Below are positions 18,347 to 26,705 of a stretch of 64,000 bases of DNA, in pieces. The notes under the pieces were generated by a model, which worked only from the letters and a program-made list of their open reading frames with translations, did not search any database and had not been told where the DNA came from. This DNA comes from Phycisphaerales bacterium (lineage in GTDB: Bacteria > Planctomycetota > Phycisphaerae > UBA1845), in the NCBI GenBank assembly GCA_020852275.1, contig JADZBE010000026.1, forward strand, positions 192,338 to 256,337, given 5' to 3'. Position numbers and translations under genes: made by a program. Positions within the stretch are counted from its first letter, which is position 1; each line of letters opens with the position of its first letter.

Positions 18347-21229
18347 GTGTCCAGCGAGAACCCACAACCGGCGACCCAGTCGGACGAGCGCCGACTCATT
18401 GAGGCCGCCCGCAGCGACGCCGAGGCTGCGGCCGCGGGTGGAGACTCGGCGGTCATGCTCCCCTCCGGCGGCATCCCTGGTTATGAGATCCTGCATGAGA
18501 TCCACCGGGGCGGTCAGGGCGTGGTCTATCGCGCGCACCAGAAGAGCGCCGGGCGCACCGTGGCGATCAAGGTGATGCGCGAAGGTCCGTTCGCCGGGCC
18601 TTTGGATCGGGCGCGCTTCGACCGCGAAGTGCGCATCCTCGGCGCGCTGCGGCACCCGAACATCGTCGCCATCCACGACAGCGGGCAGTCCAGCGGTCAT
18701 TTCTACTACGTGATGGACTACATCGCCGGGCAATCGCTCGACGCCCACGTGGCGGAGCGCAAGCCGGACCTGGCGGCGGCGCTGAAGCTCTTCCTGAAGA
18801 TCTGCGACGCGGTGAACGCGGCCCACCTGCGCGGCATCGTGCACCGCGACCTCAAGCCGGGCAACGTCCGCGTGGACGCCGCAGGCGAGCCGTTCATTCT
18901 CGACTTCGGTCTGGCGCGCGGCGCGGGAGCGTGGGCGCAGTCCGTGCCTCAGCCGGTGACCGTGACGGGACAGTTCATCGGCTCGCTGCAGTGGGCCAGC
19001 CCCGAGCAGACGGAAGGCATCCCCGATCGCGTGGACATGCGCACGGACGTGTATTCGCTGGGCATGATTCTCTTCCACATGCTGACGGGCAAGTTCCCGT
19101 ACGACGTGGCGAGCGAGATGTGGGTCGTCGTGGACCAGATCCGCCGCGCGGAGCCGGTGCGCCCGCGCACGTTGCGGCGCGAGATCGACGACGATCTGGA
19201 GACGATCCTGCTCAAATGCCTGCGGAAGGACCGCGAGCGGCGCTACCAGACGTCGGGCGAGCTGGCGAAGGACCTGCGGCATTACCTCGCCGGCGAGGCG
19301 ATCGAAGCCAAGCGCGACAGCTCGTGGTACGTGCTGCGGAAAACGCTCCAGCGGCACCGCGCGGCGGTGACCAGCGCGGCGCTCGTCGCGGTCGGTTTGG
19401 TAGTGTTCTCGATCGTGACGTTCGCGATGTATCGCACGGCGGAGGCGGAGCGCGCGCGGGCGCAGACCGAAGCAATGAAATCGCGCCAGACCGTTGACCT
19501 TCTGACCGGGGTGTTCGCGTTCATCGAACCGGAGAAAGCCAAGGCACGCGACACGAGCCTGCTGCGAGAAGCCCTTGATCACGCGGCGTCCCGCATCGAG
19601 GTCCAGCTTGGAGGCCATCCGGAACTGGCGGCGGAGCTTCACCTGTACGTGGGTGAACTGTACATGCGGCTGGGCTACTACGATGCCGCCGCCGAGCGCG
19701 GGCGCCGCGCGGAGGCGCTGGTCGAGCCGGAACGAGGGCGCGCTACGTCCGAATCGGTGCGGATCGTCAGATTTCTGATCCTGTGCGAATGGAAAGGAAA
19801 GTCGCCCTCCGAAGCCCTCGGACCGAGGCTGGAGGAAGTCCTGGCGCTGCGCCGCAGCTTCGCTCCCGACGGCAGCCTGGAGGTGACGGAGAGCCTCTAT
19901 GACCTCGGTCGGTTCAACTACGAGCGCGCCAACTACCCGCAAGCGCTGGGGCTGTTTCAGCAGGCGCTGGACCTGCTCGACGGGCTTCCAGCCCCCGCGA
20001 TCGAAAAGAAAGCCGAGGTTCTTCTTGATGCCGCCCGTACCGCCATCATGCAAAACGACCACGCCCGCGCCGAGTCGTTTTTCAGGCAGCTCGATGCGCT
20101 GCTGGATGATCGGGACACCAAACCCAGCCTGATCCTCGCTGAAGTCCTCAGTACGCGGGCGCTGCAGATCTGGCGCGGAGGGAAGGAGAGCCTCGATCAC
20201 GTCGCGCCGATGTTGACGCGGGCGCTTCGGATGCAGGAGCAACTGCTTCCCGAGCCGGACCATCCGACCATCGCCAGAACCAAGGACATACTGGGGCTGT
20301 ACCTTTTCGAGAAGGAATACGCCGTGCGAGGCAAGGAGGGGCTGCGGTACCTTGAAGAGGCCTACCGAATCCGCACCGCCAGGCTGCAGCACGACAGCGA
20401 TGAGCTTGCGGACAGCTTGCACCATTACGCTTCGGCGTTGATCGACGAAGAGCGCGTCGATGAGGCGGAACCGCTGCTGAGCCGGGCCATCGAGATCCGC
20501 GCGAAGTTGTTCGGCGCTGAATCACCGCAGGTTGCGGACCTGATGCGCTTGAAAGCGGAGGCGAGGGTCAAGGACCGGAAGCTCGACGAAGGTTTGAAGA
20601 TTCTGGGTGAGGCTCTTGCCCACCTGCGCTCCGGCGCCCAGCCGGATCGTGAAGTGGAACTCCGCTGCCTCCACGACATCGGCGCGCTTCAAATCAAGGC
20701 CAAGGAGTGGGATCTCGCCGCCGACTCGCTTCAAGAGGGCCTGAACCTCCGCCGCGCAATGTCCGGCGGGGGGCCCAGCGATGACTTGGCGGAATTCCTC
20801 CGCATGCTCGCCCAGGCGCGACGCGAACAGAAGCGTTTCGATGAGGCCATCGAATTGCTCAACGAGTGCATCAGCGTCTCCCGGCAGGTGTACGGCGCCG
20901 GCCATGAGGACGTTCCCGTCATACTGAATACGATGGCGAGAACCCTGATCCAAGCGCGCCGCGCCGCCGAGGCGGAGAAGTACGTTCGTGAGGCGGTGGC
21001 GCTGTGCGACGCGGGCACGCCGTGTCAACCGGGCAAGGCTTGGGAATTCCAGCTTACTTTGGGGGAATGCATCTTCCGGCAGAACCGGCTCGACGAGGCC
21101 GAGCCGATCTTGACGCGGGCGTTGGACGGTCTGAAGGCTCATCAGGCGTCCGAAGGAGCAATCTCGTATGCTCAGAAGATTATCGGGGACTTGAAATCCG
21201 CTCGCGAGTCGGCCCAAGGCGGGTCGTGA
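18347..21229 (+). CDS. Ser/Thr protein kinase with one TM segment and a long TPR-like C-terminal domain
   Basis: GTG start 4 nt after the sigma-factor stop. Kinase motifs: GGQGVVYRA, VAIKVM, HRDLKPGNV, DFGLAR, SPEQ. TM segment AAVTSAALVAVGLVVFSIVTFAMY. About 560 aa of TPR-like helical repeats follow. Confidence 0.85.
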   Translation: MSSENPQPATQSDERRLIEAARSDAEAAAAGGDSAVMLPSGGIPGYEILHEIHRGGQGVVYRAHQKSAGRTVAIKVMREGPFAGPLDRARFDREVRILGALRHPNIVAIHDSGQSSGHFYYVMDYIAGQSLDAHVAERKPDLAAALKLFLKICDAVNAAHLRGIVHRDLKPGNVRVDAAGEPFILDFGLARGAGAWAQSVPQPVTVTGQFIGSLQWASPEQTEGIPDRVDMRTDVYSLGMILFHMLTGKFPYDVASEMWVVVDQIRRAEPVRPRTLRREIDDDLETILLKCLRKDRERRYQTSGELAKDLRHYLAGEAIEAKRDSSWYVLRKTLQRHRAAVTSAALVAVGLVVFSIVTFAMYRTAEAERARAQTEAMKSRQTVDLLTGVFAFIEPEKAKARDTSLLREALDHAASRIEVQLGGHPELAAELHLYVGELYMRLGYYDAAAERGRRAEALVEPERGRATSESVRIVRFLILCEWKGKSPSEALGPRLEEVLALRRSFAPDGSLEVTESLYDLGRFNYERANYPQALGLFQQALDLLDGLPAPAIEKKAEVLLDAARTAIMQNDHARAESFFRQLDALLDDRDTKPSLILAEVLSTRALQIWRGGKESLDHVAPMLTRALRMQEQLLPEPDHPTIARTKDILGLYLFEKEYAVRGKEGLRYLEEAYRIRTARLQHDSDELADSLHHYASALIDEERVDEAEPLLSRAIEIRAKLFGAESPQVADLMRLKAEARVKDRKLDEGLKILGEALAHLRSGAQPDREVELRCLHDIGALQIKAKEWDLAADSLQEGLNLRRAMSGGGPSDDLAEFLRMLAQARREQKRFDEAIELLNECISVSRQVYGAGHEDVPVILNTMARTLIQARRAAEAEKYVREAVALCDAGTPCQPGKAWEFQLTLGECIFRQNRLDEAEPILTRALDGLKAHQASEGAISYAQKIIGDLKSARESAQGGS

Positions 21230-21290
21230 TCGCACTCTGCGGCCCGTTGGGGGAACTCGCCTGCCGCGGGACAGACCGCCGCGCCCGGCC

Positions 21291-21872
21291 TTACTCCCTC
21301 CCCATCAGCGCCGTGCCGCTGGACGCCTGCGTGATCGCGTCGAGCAGCGACCGCTCCATCTCGCGGTCGCGGCCCACGGTCTGCCAGACGGTGTTCTGCT
21401 CCTCGGTGGTGGCCGCGTCGCGGTCGATGGGGGTATCCGTGGGGAGGTCTGAGCCTTCCGACGCGGCGGCGCGCATGCGGTGGGCTTCCGTGGTCGGTTC
21501 CTGGATTTCCACTTTGCAGTACACCGAGACCTGATCGGGCGAGGTTTCGATGCGGACGGTGGCGACGCGCCTCGTGGTGCCCGAGGCGCCGAACAGGTCG
21601 GCCCGGGCGCTTTCTTCCAGCCGCTCCGGGCGCGCGGGAAACGTGGTCAGCACACCGGCCTCCGGATCGGCGCGATCGACGGAGAAGCCCATGCCGCTCA
21701 GCGCCTCGCGCGCCGCCTGAAACACGCTGACGCGGTCCGCGCGCGGCAGGTGGCGGACGCCGAAGTGCAGCCCCGAGGATCCCCCCGTCTCGCAGCCGAC
21801 AAGAACGCACAGTCCCATGAGCAGCGCCGGTCGTCGCAGGAACCACGAACAACGAGTAGTCTTACGCATCAT
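21291..21872 (-). CDS. lipoprotein, unknown function
   Basis: Start at MMRKTTRCSWFLRRPALLMGLCVLVGCETG (lipobox L-V-G-C). ORF 21291-21959. Confidence 0.6.
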   Translation of the reverse strand: MMRKTTRCSWFLRRPALLMGLCVLVGCETGGSSGLHFGVRHLPRADRVSVFQAAREALSGMGFSVDRADPEAGVLTTFPARPERLEESARADLFGASGTTRRVATVRIETSPDQVSVYCKVEIQEPTTEAHRMRAAASEGSDLPTDTPIDRDAATTEEQNTVWQTVGRDREMERSLLDAITQASSGTALMGRE

Positions 21873-22254
21873 GCGCGCATTATCCGACGCCACTTCGATC
21901 CCGCAAGAACAAGCGGGCGCGGCATGCCCCAGCTCGACCGGCCCGACGGCTTTTGCCACAGGGCCTGCAACCGAACTCGTTCAACGGGATCGGCGGCGCG
22001 CGATCCGCTGGGCGGCGAATGTCATCGCGCCGGGCAGCGGGCTGATACTCGCGGGACGGTCGCGCCTCGGCGTCAGCCTGGCGCTGGTCTTCACGCTCGC
22101 CGGAGTAACGGTTTGCTGGGGCGGGTGGATCGTGCCGCTGTCCATCCCGCCGATTCTGCGCTGGCTAGGCCTTGCAACGGCCCTGCTCGCCTGGGCCGGG
22201 GCGCAGGTTTCGCTGCGCCGGCTTCATGCCGCCATGTCGCGGGATCAAGCGTGA
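21871..22254 (+). CDS. small membrane protein (start uncertain)
   Basis: The C-terminal two-thirds (RRAIRWAANVIAPGSGLILAGRSRLGVSLALVFTLAGVTVCWGGWIVPLSIPPILRWLGLATALLAWAG) is hydrophobic and strongly G/C3-biased. The first ~35 codons have weak coding bias, and the ATG overlaps the divergent gene's start. Confidence 0.35.
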   Translation: MRALSDATSIPQEQAGAACPSSTGPTAFATGPATELVQRDRRRAIRWAANVIAPGSGLILAGRSRLGVSLALVFTLAGVTVCWGGWIVPLSIPPILRWLGLATALLAWAGAQVSLRRLHAAMSRDQA

Positions 22255-22480
22255 TACGAGAGGTCTCCCAAGGTCCCGCGCCGCGCATCTCCTGCGCTAC
22301 GTCGCGTCCGGAGGCCCGCCGCGCACGTTCGCAGCCACGACTCGCATAACCTGCGCTGTCCAAGAACGCCGCCGCGCCGCAGCGGGTCGTTCCACAATCG
22401 TAGATTCCTCCCGGGGAAAGCCGTGAGAAAGCAACCGTTCACCGCCGGTCCCCACGGGCGGCGAACTCCGGGGGCGGAAG

Positions 22481-23809
22481 ATGCGATTTCGACAACTGAC
22501 TGCGATGGGTGCGGCTCGCTCTGCGCCGATGACGCTGCAGGATTGGCGCACGGACTCACTCGGCGTGCTGATCCTGATGGCGCTTGTGCTGCTGGGCGTG
22601 ATCGGGTGCGGAGGGTCGGGGGCGCCGGGCGGTCCCTCCACGCTTGAACCCTTCTCCCAACTGGACCTCACGACTTCCGATCAGGAAGAAACGGGGGACA
22701 ACGAGAACTTCGCGCAGGCCGAGACGCTGCCCCTTCGCCTCGACGAGGACTACACGGTCAGCGGCACGATCGACTCCGCCGCGGACGTGGACATCTACGA
22801 TCTCGGCGCGGTGCGCAGCGGGGACCGCGTTCTGGCGGAAGTCTTCGCCGATGATTCGCTGGATGGCGCGATCGCCTTGTTCAACGGCGCGGGCGAGAGC
22901 CTGCTCGTCAACGACAGCCAGAACGTGTACCGCGGCAGGCTCGGACCGTATGTGGACCTCGTGCTCAAGCACGACGGCGAACACGCCTATCTCGTCGTGG
23001 CCTCCACCTCGGGCAGCGACACGACCGGCGCCTACACGCTGGCGGTGCGAATGACCGAGGGCGAGTCGATCCCCTCGCCGGCGCCGCAGGAGGTGCTCCT
23101 CAATTTCGCCGGCGCGACCGGCATCGGTTTCGGCGGACGGCCCGATGTGAACATCCCCGCCTTCGACGCCGCGGACATCTCCAGCGAGTTCGAGGGCAAG
23201 ACGGGCGACATGGTGGCGCGCATCGTCGAGTTCGTCCGCGAGGATTACGCCGGGCTTGAGGTCGAGGTCCTCTCCACGTCCGAGGGCGCCACCGACGACG
23301 GCGAGGTGACGCGCATCCACTTCGGCACCTACGACCCCGGGTTGCTCGGCGTGGCCGAAGGCGTGGACGAATACAACTCGAGCACGCGGCAGGACGCCAT
23401 CGTCTTCACCGACACGTTCGCCGCCTTCAACACCCTCAGTCCGACGGTGGAAGAGATGGCGCTGGCCGTCGCCAACGTCGCCAGCCACGAGATCGGCCAT
23501 CTGCTGGGTCTCGTGCACACGTCGGATTCGACCGACATCATGGACATCACCGCGAGCCTGTCGCAGTTGATGACCGACCAGGCGTTCGAGACAGCGCCGC
23601 TGCATTCGACGGTGTTTCCCGTCGGGATGCAGGACTCGGCGGCCTACCTGGTGGACTCCGTGGGCGGCGACGCGGAGTCGTTCAAGCGGGTCAAGCAGTT
23701 GGCGGTTCGACGGCGCGCCTTGAACACCCATCCGCGCGAGGTGGACCTCCCGCGCGACGGGCTGCAATTCGGATCGTGCGGGTCGATTCATGCCTCCAAA
23801 GCGCGCTGA
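22481..23809 (+). CDS. lipoprotein with PPC (pre-peptidase C-terminal-like) domain and matrixin-like (M10) metzincin domain
   Basis: Lipobox LLGVIGCGG. PPC-like GTIDSAADVDIYDLGAVRSGDRVLAEV...AYLVVASTSGSDTTGAYTLAV. Zinc site HEIGHLLGLVHTSDSTDIMD (HExxHxxGxxH). Confidence 0.75.
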   Translation: MRFRQLTAMGAARSAPMTLQDWRTDSLGVLILMALVLLGVIGCGGSGAPGGPSTLEPFSQLDLTTSDQEETGDNENFAQAETLPLRLDEDYTVSGTIDSAADVDIYDLGAVRSGDRVLAEVFADDSLDGAIALFNGAGESLLVNDSQNVYRGRLGPYVDLVLKHDGEHAYLVVASTSGSDTTGAYTLAVRMTEGESIPSPAPQEVLLNFAGATGIGFGGRPDVNIPAFDAADISSEFEGKTGDMVARIVEFVREDYAGLEVEVLSTSEGATDDGEVTRIHFGTYDPGLLGVAEGVDEYNSSTRQDAIVFTDTFAAFNTLSPTVEEMALAVANVASHEIGHLLGLVHTSDSTDIMDITASLSQLMTDQAFETAPLHSTVFPVGMQDSAAYLVDSVGGDAESFKRVKQLAVRRRALNTHPREVDLPRDGLQFGSCGSIHASKAR

Positions 23810-23850
23810 CGAAGCCGCATCCGCGCGCGAGCGGGGCTGCAAAGCGGGAT

Positions 23851-23996
23851 GGCAGCGAGGCAGCAAGCCAACTAGGCAACGAGGCAGCGAGGCAGCGAGG
23901 CAGCGAGGCAGCAAGGCAACTAGGCAACGAGGCAACGAGGCAGCGAGGCAGCAAGGCAGCAGGGCCACGAGGCATCAAGGCATCAGGGCAGGGCGG
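23851..23996 (+). repeat. 8-bp microsatellite (GGCAGCGA/GGCAACGA)n, about 18 units
   Basis: ggcagcga ggcagcaa gccaacta ggcaacga ggcagcga ggcagcga ggcagcga ggcagcaa ggcaacta ggcaacga ggcaacga ggcagcga ggcagcaa ggcagcag ggccacga ggcatcaa ggcatcag ggcagggc. A period of 8 is incompatible with coding. Confidence 0.9.
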
Positions 23997-24014
23997 CAGT
24001 CAGTCCCCGAAGAA

Positions 24015-24137
24015 GTCATGCGTAGAGACCTGCACCCGGTGGCACGGTCTGGCGTACTCGCCAGGCCGTGGCGAGCGCGACGAACGCGGATCCTCTCGCA
24101 GCGCCACGGGTCCGCTGCTGCGAATCCGGGCCACCCG
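24015..24137 (+). repeat. REP-like element family R1 (GGTGGCACGGTCTGGCGTACTCGCCAGGCCGTGG ... CCACGGGTCCGC-N4-GCGGACCCGTG)
   Basis: This is the forward copy, directly after the 8-bp array. Related copies lie at 25655-25778, 26405-26500, 42695-42810 and 52585-52685. Confidence 0.85.
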
Positions 24138-24352
24138 AAGCGAACCCCTCCCGGCCGCTTGTGGCTGCGGTTGCGTGCTGCCCCACAGCCTTGATGTGGC
24201 AGGGATGCGCTTCCGCGCATTGACCGGTCTCTTTGCCTCTCCCTACCATTGCCGATATCAGCGGGACCGGCTGCGCGGCCGGAAAACGGCGCGCGGGGTT
24301 ATTCCTGCGCAGGACGGGCACGAACGGCATTCGGCAGGGAGGACACGACTCG

Positions 24353-25585
24353 ATGACACGGCTTCTGGCGCGGGCGGCGGAGTGCGAACGAACGGGCGCC
24401 ACGAAGGCCATCGGCGCCGCATCGTCGAGTACGACACGCCGACGCAGGATCGTTCTCACCGCGTGCGGCCTTGTCACGCTGCTTCCCCTCGTTGCATGTG
24501 TCCCTCCCACGGAGAGCGCCCCCGTCGGCGACGTGGAGGACGGCAATCGAGGCGAGATCCCGGCGGACACGACGGGAAAGACGCAGGGCGAACCCAACGG
24601 CAGCTTCGATGCCTCGATCCTCGCCGTAATCGACGACGCCGGCGAAGCCGCGCTGGAGGGAACCATCACCAGCGGCGCGGATGTTGACGTTTTCAACCTG
24701 GGCGCGATCGATCCGGGAGATCAGATTCTCATCAGCGCCGACACGCCCGGCTCCTCGCTGGACATTGCCATCAGCCTGTTCGACGACGAGGGGCGCCTCA
24801 TCTTCTACAACGACGACAAGAGCGGCTCGGACTTCGACGCGGAGATCGATCACATCGCGCGACACGCCGGGACGGACTGTTATCTGCTGGTCGAGGCGTC
24901 GTCCTTCCACAGCGCCGGCGCCGGCAGCGGAACCTATCAGGTGGACGTGAGCCTGTGGCGCGGCGGCGACGTTCCCGAGCCGGTGGCTCAGACACTGTTT
25001 CTGGATTTTAACGGCGGCGCGGTGGACTCGCCCACGCTGGGGCGCGTGACGATCTCGCCCTTCGACGCGGCTGAAATCAACGCCGACTACGAAGGGGAGA
25101 CGGAATCGCTCAAGGAACTGATCCGCGTCGAGATCGAGGCGAACTTCGCGGCGTTCGATGTGCAGGTGGTGACCTCGGACGCCTTCACGCCCGGCCCAGC
25201 GGACAAGCAGTCCACCCTGTTTTTCGGCGGGTATCAGGCGGACATCTTCGGCGAGGCCGAGGACGTGGACCTCTACAACCTCAACTGCTGCGACGACGCG
25301 ATCATCTATACGCAGTCGTTCGACCCGGACGTGGTGTTCTTCAGGCCGCCCACGACGGCGCAGATGGGGCGCGCCATCGGCAACGTGGCGTCGCACGAGG
25401 CGGGGCACCTTCTGGGACTCAATCACACCAACGACGACACGGACCTGATGGACGAGCAGTCCGCGGCGCAGGCGCTGACCCGCGATCAGGAGTTCATCGA
25501 AGCGCCGCTCTCGACGCAGATCGCGCCGATCGGCACGCAGGACTCGGCGCTGCTCCTGCTGGAGACCCTGGGTCCGGCCACCTGA
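24353..25585 (+). CDS. PPC + matrixin-like metzincin lipoprotein, paralogue of 22481-23809
   Basis: Start at ATG 24353 (MTRLLARAAE...). Lipobox-like LLPLVACVPP. PPC-like GTITSGADVDVFNLGAIDPGDQILISA...CYLLVEASSFHSAGAGSGTYQVDV. Zinc site HEAGHLLGLNHTNDDTDLMD. Colinear with its paralogue. Confidence 0.75.
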   Translation: MTRLLARAAECERTGATKAIGAASSSTTRRRRIVLTACGLVTLLPLVACVPPTESAPVGDVEDGNRGEIPADTTGKTQGEPNGSFDASILAVIDDAGEAALEGTITSGADVDVFNLGAIDPGDQILISADTPGSSLDIAISLFDDEGRLIFYNDDKSGSDFDAEIDHIARHAGTDCYLLVEASSFHSAGAGSGTYQVDVSLWRGGDVPEPVAQTLFLDFNGGAVDSPTLGRVTISPFDAAEINADYEGETESLKELIRVEIEANFAAFDVQVVTSDAFTPGPADKQSTLFFGGYQADIFGEAEDVDLYNLNCCDDAIIYTQSFDPDVVFFRPPTTAQMGRAIGNVASHEAGHLLGLNHTNDDTDLMDEQSAAQALTRDQEFIEAPLSTQIAPIGTQDSALLLLETLGPAT

Positions 25586-25654
25586 GGATCGCCGTGGGCG
25601 GCAGGCGCGCCCGGTGGCACTCGCGCCCGATTGAATTCGCGCCGGATGGCGTTC

Positions 25655-25778
25655 GCACCGGGTGGCACGGGTCCGCAGCAGCGGACCCGTGGCGCGCTTG
25701 AGGTCATGCACTTCTCTCCATCTCCACGGCTTGGCGAGTACGCCAGACCGTGCCACCCCGTGCAGGTCTCTACGCATG
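25655..25778 (-). repeat. REP-like element family R1, inverted copy
   Basis: Contains a perfect 11-bp-stem hairpin, cacgggtccgc-agca-gcggacccgtg (about 25666-25691), and ccacggcttggcgagtacgccagaccgtgccacc. Its reverse complement aligns with 24015-24137. Confidence 0.85.
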
Positions 25779-25792
25779 AATCCTTCGGCGGC

Positions 25793-25832
25793 TACCTGCC
25801 TTGTTGCCTCGTTGCCTTGCTGCCTCGTTGCC
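25793..25832 (-). repeat. 8-bp microsatellite, inverted orientation (TCGTTGCC)n, about 5 units
   Basis: ctacctgcc ttgttgcc tcgttgcc ttgctgcc tcgttgcc. This is the reverse complement of the GGCAACGA unit. It lies next to the inverted R1 copy, mirroring the 23851-24137 layout. Confidence 0.8.
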
Positions 25833-26037
25833 GCGCTTCGCCCCGCCCGCAAAAACGGCGTGCTACTGTCAGCAAACTCACGTTCTTGTCGGAACTGCAA
25901 CAAGGTCCGCGTGACGGCGTACACAGTCTGGCGATCCGTGCGAATAGTAGAGTATGAAGGGCGAATACCTGACGCGCCGCGGCCGGTCGGCTGCGCGCCT
26001 CTGCATGGTGGTTCGTCCTCAGGGGACAGGAAGCAAC

Positions 26038-26331
26038 ATGGCCCGGCTGCCGCACTATCTCCATTGCCCGCACTGCGAGCACCCAACCTTGGTGCCGGCG
26101 CACTCGTTCGGCGATCTGCACCGCTGCCGCCAGTGCGCGGGGTATTACCGCCCCAGTCAGGTGGTGCCGTCGGTCGCCACCGACCTGGCGAGTCCAGAAA
26201 CGCGGACCCCAGCGCCGCAACGCCTTGCACCCCCGAGTCGCCCGAAGAAGAAGCCGCGCGGCGCGTCCGTCATCGCCGCCTTGAAATCGCTGACGCCCTC
26301 CGCCGCCAAGCCGCTGGATCGCGCAAGTTGA
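26038..26331 (+). CDS. small zinc-ribbon protein (CxxC...CxxC) with basic/Pro-rich tail
   Basis: MARLPHYLHCPHCEHPTLVPAHSFGDLHRCRQCAGYYRPSQ... G/C third-position bias is high. ATG at 26038 inside track ORF 25954-26331. Confidence 0.5.
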   Translation: MARLPHYLHCPHCEHPTLVPAHSFGDLHRCRQCAGYYRPSQVVPSVATDLASPETRTPAPQRLAPPSRPKKKPRGASVIAALKSLTPSAAKPLDRAS

Positions 26332-26332
26332 G

Positions 26333-26396
26333 GGCAGAGAGGCAACGAGGCAGCTAGGCATCAAGGCAACCAGGTATCGAGGCAACCAGGCAGCCC
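26333..26396 (+). repeat. 8-bp microsatellite, about 8 units
   Basis: ggcagaga ggcaacga ggcagcta ggcatcaa ggcaacca ggtatcga ggcaacca ggcagccc. Confidence 0.8.
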
Positions 26397-26404
26397 GTGG
26401 GCCG

Positions 26405-26500
26405 GGGCGCGCCGGGTGGCGCGGTCTGGCGTACTCGCCAGGCCGTGGCGAGCGCGATGAACGCCAATCCCCTCGCAGCGCGATGCGTCCGCAGCAGCGG
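26405..26500 (+). repeat. REP-like element family R1, forward copy
   Basis: gggtggcgcggtctggcgtactcgccaggccgtggcgagcgcgatgaacgcc...cgcagcgcgatgcgtccgcagcagcgg. The layout is the same as 24015-24137. Confidence 0.8.
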
Positions 26501-26648
26501 CCCCCTACTCCCTTGCGTGCGACATTTCCGTGCCGCGCTGCCGTGCCGGCCGACACCGAGAACGACGGGGCGCTTCGCATCGTGCTGATGCCAAATCCGA
26601 TCGCGACGGCCCTGGTCCGACGCGCGCCGATCCTCCGCGCCGGTTCGT

Positions 26649-26676
26649 TTGGCGACTCCCCGGTATCCGCTATAAT
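26649..26676 (+). promoter_or_regulatory. candidate sigma-70 type promoter for rimO
   Basis: TTGGCG-N16-TATAAT (perfect -10 at 26671-26676). A GGAGAA Shine-Dalgarno-like element lies 6 nt before the rimO ATG. Confidence 0.4.
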
Positions 26677-26705
26677 GCCGTCCCCGCGTCGGGGCGGAGA
26701 ACCGG

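Noticed and set aside
23851-23996. Possible CRISPR array (regular short repeats) at 23851-23996, 25793-25832 and 26333-26396.
   Set aside because: The period is only 8 bp with no spacers, so this is a microsatellite. No cas genes are in the window.
23776-24687. Track ORFs translating repeat DNA. Examples: 23776-24687 (+), 23790-24194 (+), 28251-29066 (+), 28783-29304 (-), 55714-57036 (-), 55841-56155 (-), 25792-26580 (-).
   Set aside because: The peptides are periodic read-outs of the 8-bp, R1, R3 or R4 repeats (GSEAARQRGSEAARQ, CATAVSAVASPLC, HRLETC, TGWKPV). The same repeats occur in both orientations and in all frames.
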